Below, in pieces: positions 28,554 through 40,603 of a DNA stretch of 64,000 bases. The stretch spans positions 744,001-808,000 of the forward strand of contig JASTWF010000187.1 of the NCBI GenBank assembly GCA_030390025.1. Reading direction: 5' to 3'. The DNA is from Squalus acanthias. Taxonomy: Eukaryota. Position numbers and translations under genes: made by a program. Below the pieces are notes generated by a model that ran no database searches, was not told the DNA's origin, and saw only the letters and a list, made by a program, of their open reading frames with translations. Positions within the stretch are counted from its first letter, which is position 1, and each line of letters begins with the position of its first letter.

Positions 28554-30664
28554 GTAAGAAACATGCACTCATTCACTAACTGTTGTCTTTGTGTTTTAAT
28601 TTTATATTTCTGTTTAATTTAATAATTATTTCATTCACTGAAACTTGGGTTCGGTGGATTATGTATTGACATGTTTTGCAACGTTTCATTTGATTCTGCT
28701 GCAAAGGGATCATAGATTTAAACTGTTTCTCCACTGAAAATGTTGTTGAGGGATTGAGCCCCTGATTGATTTGATTTGGTGTTTATCTGCTGAGGAGGCT
28801 GTGTGCCTGGGTTACTTTAAACACCTAACGGTTGTTAAACTGATTAACCTTTCTGCAATTTTTATTCTGCTCTATACGGGATAGAACGATAGACAAAGGG
28901 TAGATTATATCTGAGAGTTATGTTTCATTCTTATTAATATTAAATTGATGAACAATGTCTCTCCTCCATTTGCTCATTAAGTTTCAGTGCAGCAGATGGT
29001 CTGAATGAATTATTCTCGTCCAGTTTTACACAGATCATACTGGAAATTATTTTCAATAAATAGCAGACTATATTTAAAAATGAATTTACGGGCATTCTGT
29101 GAATTACAGGAGTAAAATATAACAGATTATCTGTGTTATTAAATAGCATAGGCTCTGTTACTAACTGCAAACTGCCCGGGTGATTTTTACTTAATAAACA
29201 TATTTTTTCGGGTTACGATTGAGGAGAATATTTCAACTCGAGAGTCCAGCTTTAGTAAACAGGCGGTGTTACAGCCCATCGGTAGTTAGTCAGATTTGAC
29301 CCCAGCCGGATATTGAAATATTTAAAACAATCCACTCCTAAGTCCATAATGTGAACTACACGCTGAGAATACACGGAGATTATGCTATATCAGAAAGTTA
29401 AGATACATGATGAGTTTTAAAAGGTGTAGGTAGCGAACTGGACAGTATTAGAAGTTCGTGATCATTTTTAATTATTCAAATGTGTTTCGATTTAAGTAAA
29501 AATAATATATTTGTCTGATTGTATTTAAGTATTAATATGATGATTAATATTTTAATATTGACGTTTTATCGTGACAATTTAAATAAAAACTTAATATATC
29601 ACAAGTTACCAGTCAGAAACAGGTTAAAAATTTCTAGTAATTAATGTTATTAATAAGGCTGGAGATGACAAATAACACACTGAAATTCAAGCAGATTAAT
29701 TTAATTACACCAGTTCCAGGTGCGGGTGGTTCTGAGGAGGAAGGGCCAGACAGGCTCACAGAATATTTTCAATGATACAGTGTAACATCAGCTAACATGA
29801 GGATTAACTTGGAATATAACATCAGTGCTAATTCATTCAACATAAATGACCACTCAGAATTGCGTTGTATACTGGCCAGGATTACAGTTACTGCAAAATC
29901 TCAAGGGTTGGAGAGAATTTTTAATGAAATCTGAAATTAATCTAGGAAACAATACATTTCTTTCTCAGCTTTGCTCGGCTCGATAACGTGTAGCCGCAGA
30001 TTTTAATGGATTAACTTCGTCTTTCCCTCGATGATTTTAAAGGTTATATTTAATTATAATATTTTACCACATCAGTGGGTAATCGTTTTTCAATGTAACT
30101 GTCTCCTGGTTTGTTAAATTCTTACTCTGCCGCTCAGCCCCGTGTTCCGGGCAGCCAATTACACTGGAATGTGAATTATTTCCAGAGACCTGTTTTCAGG
30201 AAACTTAAATCTTACACGGTTTGCAAGATTGTCGACAGAGAGGGAGAAATTGTTGGATGATGAACAGTTTTTCACATTAATACCAGTTTAATTTCAAAGA
30301 ACGTGCAGAGTTGAGGTGGTCGGAAATTGACAAGAAATAAATTGAAAATCAAACAGCTTGATTGAAATTAACAGATTGAACAGATCTATCTGCCGTGAGC
30401 ACCATTGTTGCACCGTTTGTGTCTGTTCTGTTTCTGTGCGCCTGCTCACAGTGTGAGAATCAGGAGTCCTCCTGACTGGTTGTAAGACTTCTGGTTCGTT
30501 CACCTGTGTTTCAGGGAGTGTAATTTGTCTCAGTTATTTAAGGAACTTGTGTTTGTGGGAAACTTGAACAGTTGACATTGAGGTTGAGGAGGCGTCTCAG
30601 GAATGAGATCAATGACCCAGTTTGTGACATTCAGATGGACCAGTTCAGAAACACTGCAGGGAGA

Positions 30665-32087
30665 CTATGGAAGGAGCTTTAATCAGTTTATAACCCATGC
30701 TGTGCTTTACCCGGAATCTAAACCTTGATACACATGACTCGGAGTGTCTGACAGGGTAGTGTAGAAGGAATTTTACTCGGAATCTAAACCTTGCAATACT
30801 TGACGCGGAGTGTCTGACAGGGCAGTGTAGAGGGAACTTTACTGGGAATCTAAACCTTGCTATATTGACCCGGAGTGTCTGTAAGGACAGTTTACAGGAA
30901 ACTTTACTCGGAATCTAAACCTTGCTATACTTGATCCGGAGTGTCTGCCAGGGCAGTGTAGAGGGAACGTTACTGGGAATCTAAACATTGCTATACTTGA
31001 CGCGGAGTGTCTGATAGGGCAGTGCAGAGGGAACTTTACTCGGAATCTAAACATTGCTATACTTGACCCGGAGTGTCTGACAGGGCAGTGTAGAGGGACG
31101 TTTACTCGGAATCTGAACCTCGCTATACTTGACCCGGAGTGTCTTACAGGGCAGTTTAGAGAGGACATTACTCGGAATCTAAACCTTGCTATATTGACCC
31201 GGAGTGTCTGTAAGGACAGTGTAAAGGAAACTTTACTCGGAATATAAACATTGCTGTACTTGACCCGGAGTGTCTGAAAGGGCAGTGTAGTGGGAACTTT
31301 ACTTGGAATCTAAACATTCCTATTCTTGACCCGGAGTGTCTGACAGGGCAGTGTAGAGGGAAGTTTACCATGAAGCTAAACCTTGCTATACTTGACCTGG
31401 AGTGTTTGACAGGGCAGTGTAGAGGGAACTTTACTGGGATTCTAAACCTTGCTATACTTGACCCGGAGTGTCTGACAGGGCAATGTAAAGGGAATTCTCT
31501 CGGAATCTAAACCTTGCTATACTTGACCCGAATTTCTGACAGGGCAGTGTAGAGGGAACTTTACTCGGAATCTAAACCTTGCTATACTTGACCCGAAGTG
31601 TCTGACAGGGCAGTGTAGAGGGAACTTTACTTGGAATCCAATCCTTGCTCTACTTGACCCGGACTGTCTGACAGAGCAGTGTAGAAAGAACTTTACTCGG
31701 AATCAAAAACTTGATATACTTGACCCGGACTGTCTGACAGGGCAGTGTAGAAAGAACTTTACTCGGAATCAAAAACTTGATGTACTTGACCCGGAGTGTC
31801 TGACAGGGCAGTGCAGAAAGAAATTTACTCGGAATCTAAACATTGCTATACTTGACCCGGAGTGTCTGACAGGGCAGTGTAGAAAGAACTTTGCTCGGAA
31901 TCTAATCCTTGTTATACTTGACCCGGAGTGCTTGACAGGGCAGTGTAGAGGGAACTTTACTGGGAATCTAAACCTTGTTATACTTGACCCGGAGTGTCTG
32001 ACAGGGCAGTGTAGAGGGAACTTTACTCGGAATCTAATCCTTGTTATACTTGACCCGAAGTGTCTGGCAGGGCAGTGTAGTGGGATA
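30665..32087 (+). repeat. 66-bp minisatellite (~21 copies) in the J-C intron
   Basis: Unit CTTGACCCGGAGTGTCTGACAGGGCAGTGTAGAGGGAACTTTACTCGGAATCTAAACCTTGCTATA; seen as 22-aa repeats in the ORF track; related to the 67-bp family. Confidence 0.95.
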
Positions 32088-32321
32088 TTTAATTTCAATT
32101 CAACCGCATTGATTTACACCGCATGACAGAGTAAATCTCCCTTTGCTTTGCCCAATCGTATCTTTCCTGTATCTGACCTGAGAGTATTTGTTGCAACAGT
32201 ATTGAAGGAACCTTAATCGGCATATAACTATCATGATGCAGAGATGCCGGCGTTGGACTGGGGTGGACAAAAATGAGAAGTCGCACAACACCAGGTTATA
32301 GTCCAACAGATTTATTTAAAA

Positions 32322-32361
32322 TTACAAGCTTTCGGAGCTATCCTGCCCCTTCTTCAGGTAA
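32322..32361 (-). ncRNA. Minimal type I hammerhead ribozyme motif (left arm copy)
   Basis: Reverse complement of the 33292-33331 motif. Confidence 0.72.
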
Positions 32362-33291
32362 AGTTACACTGAATGAATCTACAAAAGTTCATAGAATATA
32401 AACACAGATACTACAGAGATACAATCTTTCCTTATATCAAAGAAACACCAAGAGCACAGCCAAGACAATGAGATGTGTCCCAGGGGGTCCAACGTGTCAA
32501 ATCCTGCTGACTGCAGCAGATCTCTCTCCATAACCCTTCCTCTCTCCGTCTTTTTAGGGGTTTGTTTTTTGTGTTTATTTTTTTGTGTTTGTTTTTTAAA
32601 AAACTGGAAAGACAGACAACGATGTCAAGTCACGTTCTGTAGCGTGACATGAACCCGATATCCCTATTGAGGCCGTCCTCATGAGTGCGCAACTTGGCTA
32701 TCAGTTTCTGCTCGATGATTTTGCGTTGTCGTGTGTCTCGAAGGCCGCCTTGGAGAACGCTAACCCGCAGATCCGAGGCTGAATGCCCTTGACTGCTGAA
32801 GTGTTCCCCGAATGGGAGGCAGGATAGTTGCCTCCCAGTCGGGGAACACTTCAGCAGTCAAGGGCATTCAGCCTCGGATCTGCGGGTTAGCGTTCTCCAA
32901 GGCGGCCTTCGAGATACACGACAACGCAAAATCATCGAGCAGAAACTGATAGCCAAGTTCCGCACTCATGAGGACGGCCTCAATAGGGATATCGGGTTCA
33001 TGTCACGCTACAGAACGTGACTTGACATCGTTGTCTGTCTTTCCAGTATTTTAAAAAACAAACACTAAAAAACAAACACAAAAAACAAACCCCTTAAAAA
33101 GACGGAGAGAGAGGAAGGGATATGGAGAGAGATCTGCTGCAGTCAGCAGGATTTGACACGTTGGACCCCCTGGAACACATCTCATTGTCTTGGCTGTGCT
33201 CTTGGTGTGTCTTTGATGTAAGGAAAGATTGTATCTCTGTAGTATCTGTGTTTATATTCTATGAACTTTTGTAGATTCACTCAGTGTAACT

Positions 33292-33331
33292 TTACCTGAA
33301 GAAGGGGCAGGATAGCTCCGAAAGCTTGTAA
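33292..33331 (+). ncRNA. Minimal type I hammerhead ribozyme motif
   Basis: TTAC-CTGAAGA-A-GGGGC(AGGATA)GCTCC-GAA-AGCT-T-GTAA: stem I TTAC/GTAA, CUGANGA core, stem II, GAAA, palindromic stem III AGCT. Confidence 0.75.
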
Positions 33332-33692
33332 TTTTAAATAAATCTGTTGGACTATAACCTGGTGTTGTGCGACTTCTCATTTTTGGCATATAACTAATCA
33401 GACGCGAGTGCTCGAGCCAGATATATAAAGATAGACCCATTTCTTCAGTGAAACAACCGCGCATTAATTGAGTTTAATCGGCTTTCAAAAAAATCTGCCC
33501 CATTTATAATGAATTTAAACATTTAAATATTTTGAGTATCAGATAATGATTGAATGAGATTGGCCTGATCCTGAGCTCACATTCAGAACAATCAGTTTCA
33601 GGAAGTGACTGTAACGCTGCAGCAAGCAGTGCCTGTTCTGATCTGATGGGAGACTGGAAGTTATTTTGACTTTTTAAATAGACATTGTAATG

Positions 33693-33977
33693 CTTTACTC
33701 TGTATCTAACCCATGCTGTACCTGCCCTGGGAGTGTTTGATGGGGCAGTGTAGAGGGAGCTTTACTCTGTATCTAACCCATGCTGTACCTGCCCTGGGAG
33801 TGTTTGATGGGGCAGTGTAGAGGGAGCTATACTCTGTATCTAACCCGTGCTGTACCTGCCCTGGGAGTGTTTGCTGGGACAGTGTTGAGGGAGCTTTACT
33901 CTGTATCTAACCCATGCTGTACCTGCCCTGGGAGTGTTTGATGGGACAGTGTAGAGGGAGCTTTACCCTCTATCTGA
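33693..33977 (+). repeat. 67-bp minisatellite (~4 copies)
   Basis: Unit CTTTACTCTGTATCTAACCCATGCTGTACCTGCCCTGGGAGTGTTTGATGGGGCAGTGTAGAGGGAG; period 67 (33693 to 33760). Confidence 0.95.
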
Positions 33978-33994
33978 CGATTTGCTACTTTGCC

Positions 33995-34165
33995 AATTTT
34001 TGAATCATCTGCGAACTTCGAAATTGTACTCCCTATACCCAAGTCCAGGTCATTTTTATATAACAAGAACAACAATGGTCCTCATACCGATCCATGGCAG
34101 ACCTCAATGCATCATTTTCTACAGTTTGTAAAACATCCGCTCACCGCTACTCTCTGCCTCCTATA
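33995..34165 (-). mobile_element. Degenerate CR1-type RT fragment
   Basis: Minus strand resembles the QGSVLGP..Y.NDLD..SKFADD region of the CR1 copies elsewhere in the window. Confidence 0.55.
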
Positions 34166-35082
34166 GATTTATCATGTTTAAGGATTGCCAATATTAGATA
34201 TTTATAGAAGAAACCTGTCCCCATGTTTAGATTATATTCGATACAATCAGCAACAAGAGGTGCCTGTAACGACCCAGAAAGCAGCTCCTTTTCTCATTGG
34301 TGGGAAGTCGGAAGGTACTTTGGTGAAAGAAATGGGCCATTTAAAGTGACACTTCCAATTAACCGCATTTTGGAGTCATATTTTATTCGGATTATTAATT
34401 GAGCGGGAGAGAGGAGGAAACTCAGGAGACATCCATTCAATAGAATGAGACAGAGCACAAATCACAATGCGTTGAAGTGCATCGCTCTTCCTCAAATACT
34501 GATAATGAAAGAGATAGATTCGAATCAACCCCGATTCAGCTACAGCTTGAATCTTAGAAACTAGGCAGTGGGAAAGTTCCCTGTTCAATTTTATGGTAGT
34601 CCGCTTTGAACTTATGTTTTGCTAATTTTATAAGCACGGATTACGATGTTACATTTGAAGTGTAGTCACTGTTGTTTTGTAGGGAAAAGCAGCAGTCAAT
34701 TGGCACAGGGCAAATTTCCCAAAAAATGCAATGAAATAAATGACCAGAAGTGGCGTTGATTGAGAAATAAATGCTGGCCAAAATATCAGGAAAACGCCTC
34801 TGTTATTCTATTGTAAGATCCAATGAAAGATACCTTACTGAGGTGAGGTGAAAAGGTTCTTATTCCTTTAATGTGATAGAGCTCGGGGACAGAGAGGGGT
34901 GTTCCTGACCAGGGGATCGACAGGTGCGTACGATGGAACTGACAGAAGCTCAAATGCCGATGTAGATTTTGATCGGAAAATGATGGAATGAGATTATCCT
35001 GGAGTCAAATTTCGGGTTGTTTGGTTGTTTGATGAGCACGGATTACAGATTCTAACTTGTTCAATTGGCCATTCTTTCCCAG

Positions 35083-35382
35083 CGACACTGTCTCCTTCCA
35101 CCCTCTACGCCCTGCACTCCTGCTGTCAACAACCCAACACTGACGGCTCCATCACCTTCGGCTGTTTGGCGATGGACTACTTCCCCGAAATCACCAGCCT
35201 TTCCTGGAAGAAAGATAAAGAGCCGCTCACCACTGGATTGAAGACTTATCCGGCAGTGCTCAACAAGATGGGAACCTACACCCTGAGCAGCCAGTTAACC
35301 ATCAACGAGTCAGAGGTGGGGAGCAGCACAATCTACTGCGTGGTTCGACAAAGTGGGGCGGACTGGAGCATCACAATGCCAG
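35083..35382 (+). CDS. IGHM: Cmu1 exon ([36 protein letters not shown]...[19 protein letters not shown])
   Basis: Acceptor ttcccag|, 300 nt, phase 1/1, C1-set Cys/Trp pattern, closely resembles shark Cmu1 as recalled. Confidence 0.93.
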
Positions 35383-35394
35383 GTCTGTGTTGTG

Positions 35395-35500
35395 GGATAC
35401 AGGGGAAAACTGTGAGAAGCAGGGATATTATGTTCAACTTGTACAGAAAATTGGTTAGTCCAGACTTAGAGTATTGTGAACAGTTCTGGGCTCCAGGTCA
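35395..35500 (+). mobile_element. CR1 ORF2 fragment ([19 protein letters not shown])
   Basis: Matches LYRALVRPHLEYCVQFWSP in the CR1 ORFs at 55426-56364 and 61899-62228. Confidence 0.75.
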
Positions 35501-36540
35501 CACTTAGAATATTGTGCTCAGTCCTTGTCACCATATCACATTTGGTGTACTGTGTACAGTCCTGGTCTCCATATCACACTTAGATTACAGTGCACATTCC
35601 TATCTCCATATCACATTTACTGTACTGTGCACAATTCTGGTCTCCATATCACACCTGGAATACTGTGCACAGTCCTGATCTCCGTATCACACTTAGTGTA
35701 CTGTGCTCAGTCCTAGTCTCCATGTCAGACTTAGAGTACAGTGCAGAGTCCTGGCCTCCATATCATACTTAAAATACTGTGCAGGTTCCTGGTCTCCATA
35801 TCACACTTAGAATACTGTGCAGTATCCTGGTCTCCATATCACACTTAGAATACTGTGCAGAGTCCTGGTCTCCATATCACAATTAGAATACTGTGCAGGT
35901 TCCTGGTCTCCATATCACACTTAGAATACTGTGCAGAGTCCTGGTCTCCATATCACACTTAGAATACTGTGCAGAGTCCTGGTCTCCATATAACACTTAG
36001 AATACTGTGCAGGTTCCTGGTCTCCATATCACACTTAGAATAATGTGCAGAGTCCTGGTATCCATATCACACTTAGAATACTGTGCAGTGTCCTGGTCTC
36101 CATATCACACTTAGAATACTGTGCAGAGTGCTGGTCTCCATATCACACTTAGAATAATGTGCAGAGTCCTGGTCTCCATAACACACTTAGAATACTGTGC
36201 AGTGTCCTGGTCTCCATATCACACTAGAATACTGTGCAGAGTCCTGGTCTCCATATCACACTTAGAATACTGTGCAGAGTCCTGGTCCATATCACACTTA
36301 GAATACTGTGCAGAGTCCTGGTCTCCATATCACACTTAGAATACTGTGCAGGTTCCTGGTCTCCATATCACACTTAGAATACTGTGCAGAGTCCTGGTCC
36401 ATATCACACTTAGAATACTGTGCAGTGTCCTGGTCTCCATTTCACACTTAGAATACTGTGCAGACCCCTGGTGTCCAAATCACACTTAGAATATTGTGCA
36501 GAGTCCTTGTCTCCGTATCACACTTAGAGTACTGTGCACA
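35500..36540 (+). repeat. 38-bp minisatellite (~27 copies) derived from the CR1 HLEYCxQFWSPY coding motif
   Basis: Unit GTCCTGGTCTCCATATCACACTTAGAATACTGTGCAGA; homogeneous centre, diverged edges. Confidence 0.93.
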
Positions 36541-36663
36541 AGTCTCTTGAAATGCCAGGTTAATGTGAGCCTGACATTAAAGGACCTCTTAAAATATAAG
36601 GACACTATGCATTTCTTAATCATTTATTTTGCAAGGAATGTCATTAACATGTCTTCTTTTAAG

Positions 36664-36980
36664 GTCCTAACGGGACCCCATCCGTCCAACTGTTATCCTC
36701 ACGGTGAGTTCCAGGGACCAAATCACCAGCAGCAGACATGCAACCGTCGTGTGTTCAATCATGGATTTCCGTCCAAAGTCACTAACCGTGAATTGGCTGA
36801 AGAATGGACGACTCATGCATTCGGGCTTCGTCACCTCTCCCGTCTGTGAAGTGAACGGGACCTTCTCGGCGACCAGTCTGCTGACAGTGCCCGCCGGGGA
36901 ATGGTTCACCGGCTCGGTCTACACCTGCCAGGTCACTCATGAAGGGGTTACCGAAATCAAAAACATCACCAGATCTCAGG
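36664..36980 (+). pseudogene. IGHM: Cmu2 exon, frameshifted near its 5' end
   Basis: Domain frame [28 protein letters not shown]...[15 protein letters not shown]...ITRSQ; acceptor ttttaag|, donor G|GTAAGA; length 317 nt (3n-1); phase-1 entry reaches TGA at 36705. Confidence 0.9.
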
Positions 36981-37279
36981 GTAAGAGACACAGACTCGGG
37001 GAGTTACAGACCATTTCGAGTGCCGATCTGAGTCAGGATTTTATTAGTCCAAAGCACAGAACAATTTCTAATTTACAATCAATCATTTTGGTGTTTCCTT
37101 CCGATGTAAGTGCTAACTCAGGCTTCCTCACGGTTCAGAATTCCATCACTTCGCCAAAGAAGGATTCCCTCAGCTGTAATGTCAGACAGTGAGTGAGGTG
37201 TCCTTGGTCTCACCTTTATCCTGAGTTAGCTCTATTTCTAATGTACAATCATGCAGTTTGTGTTTCCTTCCGATGTAAA

Positions 37280-37697
37280 AGAAAAGAAAGAAATGCATTT
37301 ATACAGCGCCTTTGGCGAGCTCAGACTGTCACAAAGCGCTTGACAGCCAATGAATTACGTATGAAATGTGGCCACTTTAGTAATGTGCAAAATGCGGCAG
37401 AAAATTTGTGCGCAGCAAGCTCCCACAAACAGCAATGTGATAATGACCAGAATTTTTTTTATTTAGTGATATTTGTTGTTTGATAAATATTTGCCACAGC
37501 ACCGGGTGAACTCCCCTGCTCTTCTTTCAAATGGTGCCATGGGATCTCTGATGCCCACTTGAGAGGGCAGACGGATCCTCGGTTTAACACCTCACCCGAA
37601 AGACAGTGCAGCGCGCCTTCAGTACTGCATTGGGAACGTCAGCTTCCATTCTATGTTCAAGTCTCTGGAGTGGGACTTGAACCCACCATCTTCTGAA
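37280..37697 (-). mobile_element. tRNA-derived SINE, Deu-domain/SacSINE1-like
   Basis: Minus strand starts TCAGAAGATGGTGGGTTCAAGTCCCACTCCAGAG (B-box GGTTCAAGTCC) and ends in a simple T-rich (TTTC)-type tail; family assignment from recalled similarity. Confidence 0.7.
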
Positions 37698-37896
37698 TTA
37701 GGATTCCTCACGGTTCAGGATTTAATAACCTCGCCAAAGAAGGTTTCCCTCTGCTCTGCTGTCAAAGAGTGAGTGAGATGTACTTGGGCTCAGGTTTACC
37801 CTGAGTTGGCTGAACATATTCCGAGCGGCAGTAGGTGTCTGGAAACCTTTACTGGTAACTGTCCAGGAACACACTGCTAGAAAGAGCATCTACCCT

Positions 37897-38425
37897 ATTT
37901 AGAGAACTGCGTTCAATTCTGGGCTCTGCACATCAGGCAGGATATACTGTCCTTGGAGGGGGTGCAGCGCAGCTTTACCCAGAATGATATGGGGCTAAAA
38001 GGTTTAAATTATGAGGACAGGTTGTACTGAAGAGGCTTGTATTCCATTGAGTAGAGAAGATTAAGCGGTGAACTAATTAAGATATTTTTTGTAATTAGTA
38101 GGTAGATAGAGTTAAGGTATTTCCTCTGTCAGGGGAGTCCAGCACAAGGGGGCATAACCTTAAAGTTAGAGCTAGGCCGTTCAGGGGTGATGTCAGGAAC
38201 CACTTCTTCGTGCAAAGGGCTGTGGAAATCTCTCTTTCCCAAAAAGCTGTTGAGGATGCGCGTCAATTGAAACATCAAAACTGAGATTGATAGACTTGTT
38301 AGGCAAGAGTATCAAGGGTTACAGAAACAAGGCGGGTAGATGGTGTTGAGGTGCAGATCAGCCATGATCTCATTGAATGTCGGAACAGGCTGGATGGGCT
38401 GAATGACCTCCTCCTGTTCCTGTGT
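37897..38425 (+). mobile_element. CR1 LINE 3' fragment
   Basis: Degenerate LENCVQFW...LEGVQR...RGHNLKVRARPFRGDVRNHFF coding followed by a CR1-type 3'UTR. Confidence 0.85.
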
Positions 38426-38442
38426 GACTATTGCTGCGGTAA

Positions 38443-39906
38443 TGGCCCAGAAATTAATGACGGAGCATTCGTGCGGGGGTAAGGCTTCCCCGCAATATCT
38501 CACTGCGCGCCTGCCTTTTCATTCCGAGCTCGCACGAACTTGATTTTCTAGACAGCAGCTGTGCAGTGCTTCCGTATCCCAGAGGCGCAGTTAATTCGTG
38601 CGAGCTGTGGGATCACGTGATTCAGTTAGAGCCAATGGCAGCACACCATCTTTCATTCATAGTTTTCACAGCAACTGCTGTGAAAGCTATGAATCTATAC
38701 CCCCTCAAAAGAACAGCTAAACCTCAACTAAATTTTAAAAAAAACCATCACATTAATAAAATAAGTATAGTTAAATAAATTAACCACTTTAAACAAAAAA
38801 TTAAACTTTTGAAAAAATTTAAAATCTTTTAAAAAGTTATAAAAATAAACTTACCTTTCTTTAAAGTCTCTAAAAAAGATATACCTGTTGAAAAAAATTC
38901 AAAATAATACTTAATTAACTACTTACCTTGTTAAAAGAGGGTCTTACGCTTCCTTTCTTTATGTGCAAAATCTTCCATGCTTACCTGCGCGTTCAACGCA
39001 CTAAGTGCACTGCGTGCGCGCAGCCTGTAGCGCGCACGCGGTTCACTTAGGAACCGACCCCTTTTGAAATCACCAAGTGCCAGTTTTCAGCGCATGCGCA
39101 GTGCATGCAGAAAACCGGTAATTGCAGACAGAATACGCGAGAGTACACAGTGCGTACTCTCGCGTAGAGACACTGGTCCAAATATTAGTCTTGCTACGCG
39201 AGAGTATGCACTTTGTACTCTCGCGTATTCTGTCTCCAATTGCCGGTTTTCTGCATGCACTGCGCATGCGCTGAAAACCGGCACTTGGTGAACTCAAAAG
39301 GGGGCGGTTCCTAGGTGAACCGCGTGTGCGCTACAGGCTGCGCGCACGCAGTGCACTTAGTGCTTTGAACGCGCAGGTAAGCATGGAAGATTTTGCACAC
39401 AAAGAAAGGAGGTATAAGACCCTCTTTTAACAAGGTAAGTAGTTAATTAAGTATTATTTTGAATTTTTTTCAACAGGTATATCTTTTTTAGAGACTTTAA
39501 AGAAAGGTAAGTTTATTTTTATAACTTTTTAAAAGATTTTAAATTTTTTCAAAAATTTAATTTTTTGTTTAAAGTGGTTAATTTATTTAACTATACTTAT
39601 TTTATTAATGTGATGTTTTTTTTTAAAATTTAATTGAGGTTTAGCTGTTCTTTTGGGGGGTATAGATTCATAGCTTTCACTGAAAACTATGAATGAAAGA
39701 TGGTGTGCTGCCATTGGCTGTAACTGAATCACGTGATCCCACAGCTCGCACGAATTAACTGCGCCTGTGGGATACGGAAGCACTGCACAGCTGCTGTCTA
39801 GAAAATCAAGTTCGTGCGAGCTCGGAATGAAAAGGCAGGCACGCAGTGAGATTACGCGGGGAAGCCTTACCCCCGCACGAAGGCTCCGTCATTAATTTCT
39901 TGGCCA
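38443..39906. mobile_element. 1.46-kb foldback non-autonomous DNA transposon, PIF/Harbinger-related
   Basis: Arms 38443-39167 and 39194-39906 are near-perfect reverse complements; termini TGGCCCAGAAATT...AATTTCTTGGCCA; central motif shared with 52520-52620 and 63925-63975. Confidence 0.85.
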
Positions 39907-40603
39907 CTAATGTTTGGGCCAATATTTCATTCTGACTCTCTGACCAGACATGATAATCGTTCACTACTGACAGAAATTAACAAACTACCTCACGCCGGAA
40001 TTACAAACTATTCCCCACCACAAAAGACCCCTTGGAGCTCCATTCTCCCGACCTATCACCTCTCCTCTGACGGAGGATGCAACTGGTTCCTTCACATTTT
40101 AATCGCCACAAAAATCGCAACAAGACACCAGAAAATTAACTTTTTTCCTGTTGCATCTAAAATCCTGGATTTTGTTTGAAGCTCGTTTTGAACCAGTGTA
40201 ATTTCCGTGTCGAGTTTTTGACCCTGGGGGCGGCGGCATTATAATGAGCGGAGATGTGTTCGAGCTCAAGGATCTATAGACGGGCGTAAGTGAGCAAGGG
40301 ATTTGGGGAATAGCGGTATTCAGTGCGTAACACAATTGTGCCCGAATTTATACATTTTGTTACGCTGGTTATTTGCTTCACAGCCCATTACAGGAGGCTC
40401 TGGGAGCAAATACACAGGAAATGTTAAAGTGTCTCCCGGAATCGTTGCCAATTCCTTATCCTTCAAATAACGATGGTGTTTAAGCAACAGCGAGATGTTG
40501 ATATCTCAAAGGAGATGTATTCTCCTTGTGACATTAATGGCTGATCACTGGCGTCCTGATTCTGAAGATGAAGATTTGCTTGACTTTCATTTCTGTTTCA
40601 CAG

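Larger units (their letters stand above)
32231..33385. mobile_element. Penelope-like retroelement: two inverted 3' ends forming a ~1.1-kb palindrome
   Basis: Arms 32268-32821 and 32829-33385, 7-nt loop. The right arm encodes LPVGEHFSSQGHSASDLRVSVLQGG...IIEQKLIAKFRTHEDGLNRD, resembling a GIY-YIG endonuclease C-terminus. About 37 extra bp on the left arm; direct repeat GGCATATAACTA at 32219 and 33385. Confidence 0.85.

Noticed and set aside
29450-30520. AT-rich MAR plus E-box cluster as an intronic enhancer
   Set aside because: Position is plausible, but the motifs are short and not distinguishable from background without cross-cluster conservation.
39912-40345. Second small MITE adjoining the foldback (GGGCCAATATT...AATTGTGCCC)
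   Set aside because: The terminal match is too short and imperfect, and no clear TSD is present.
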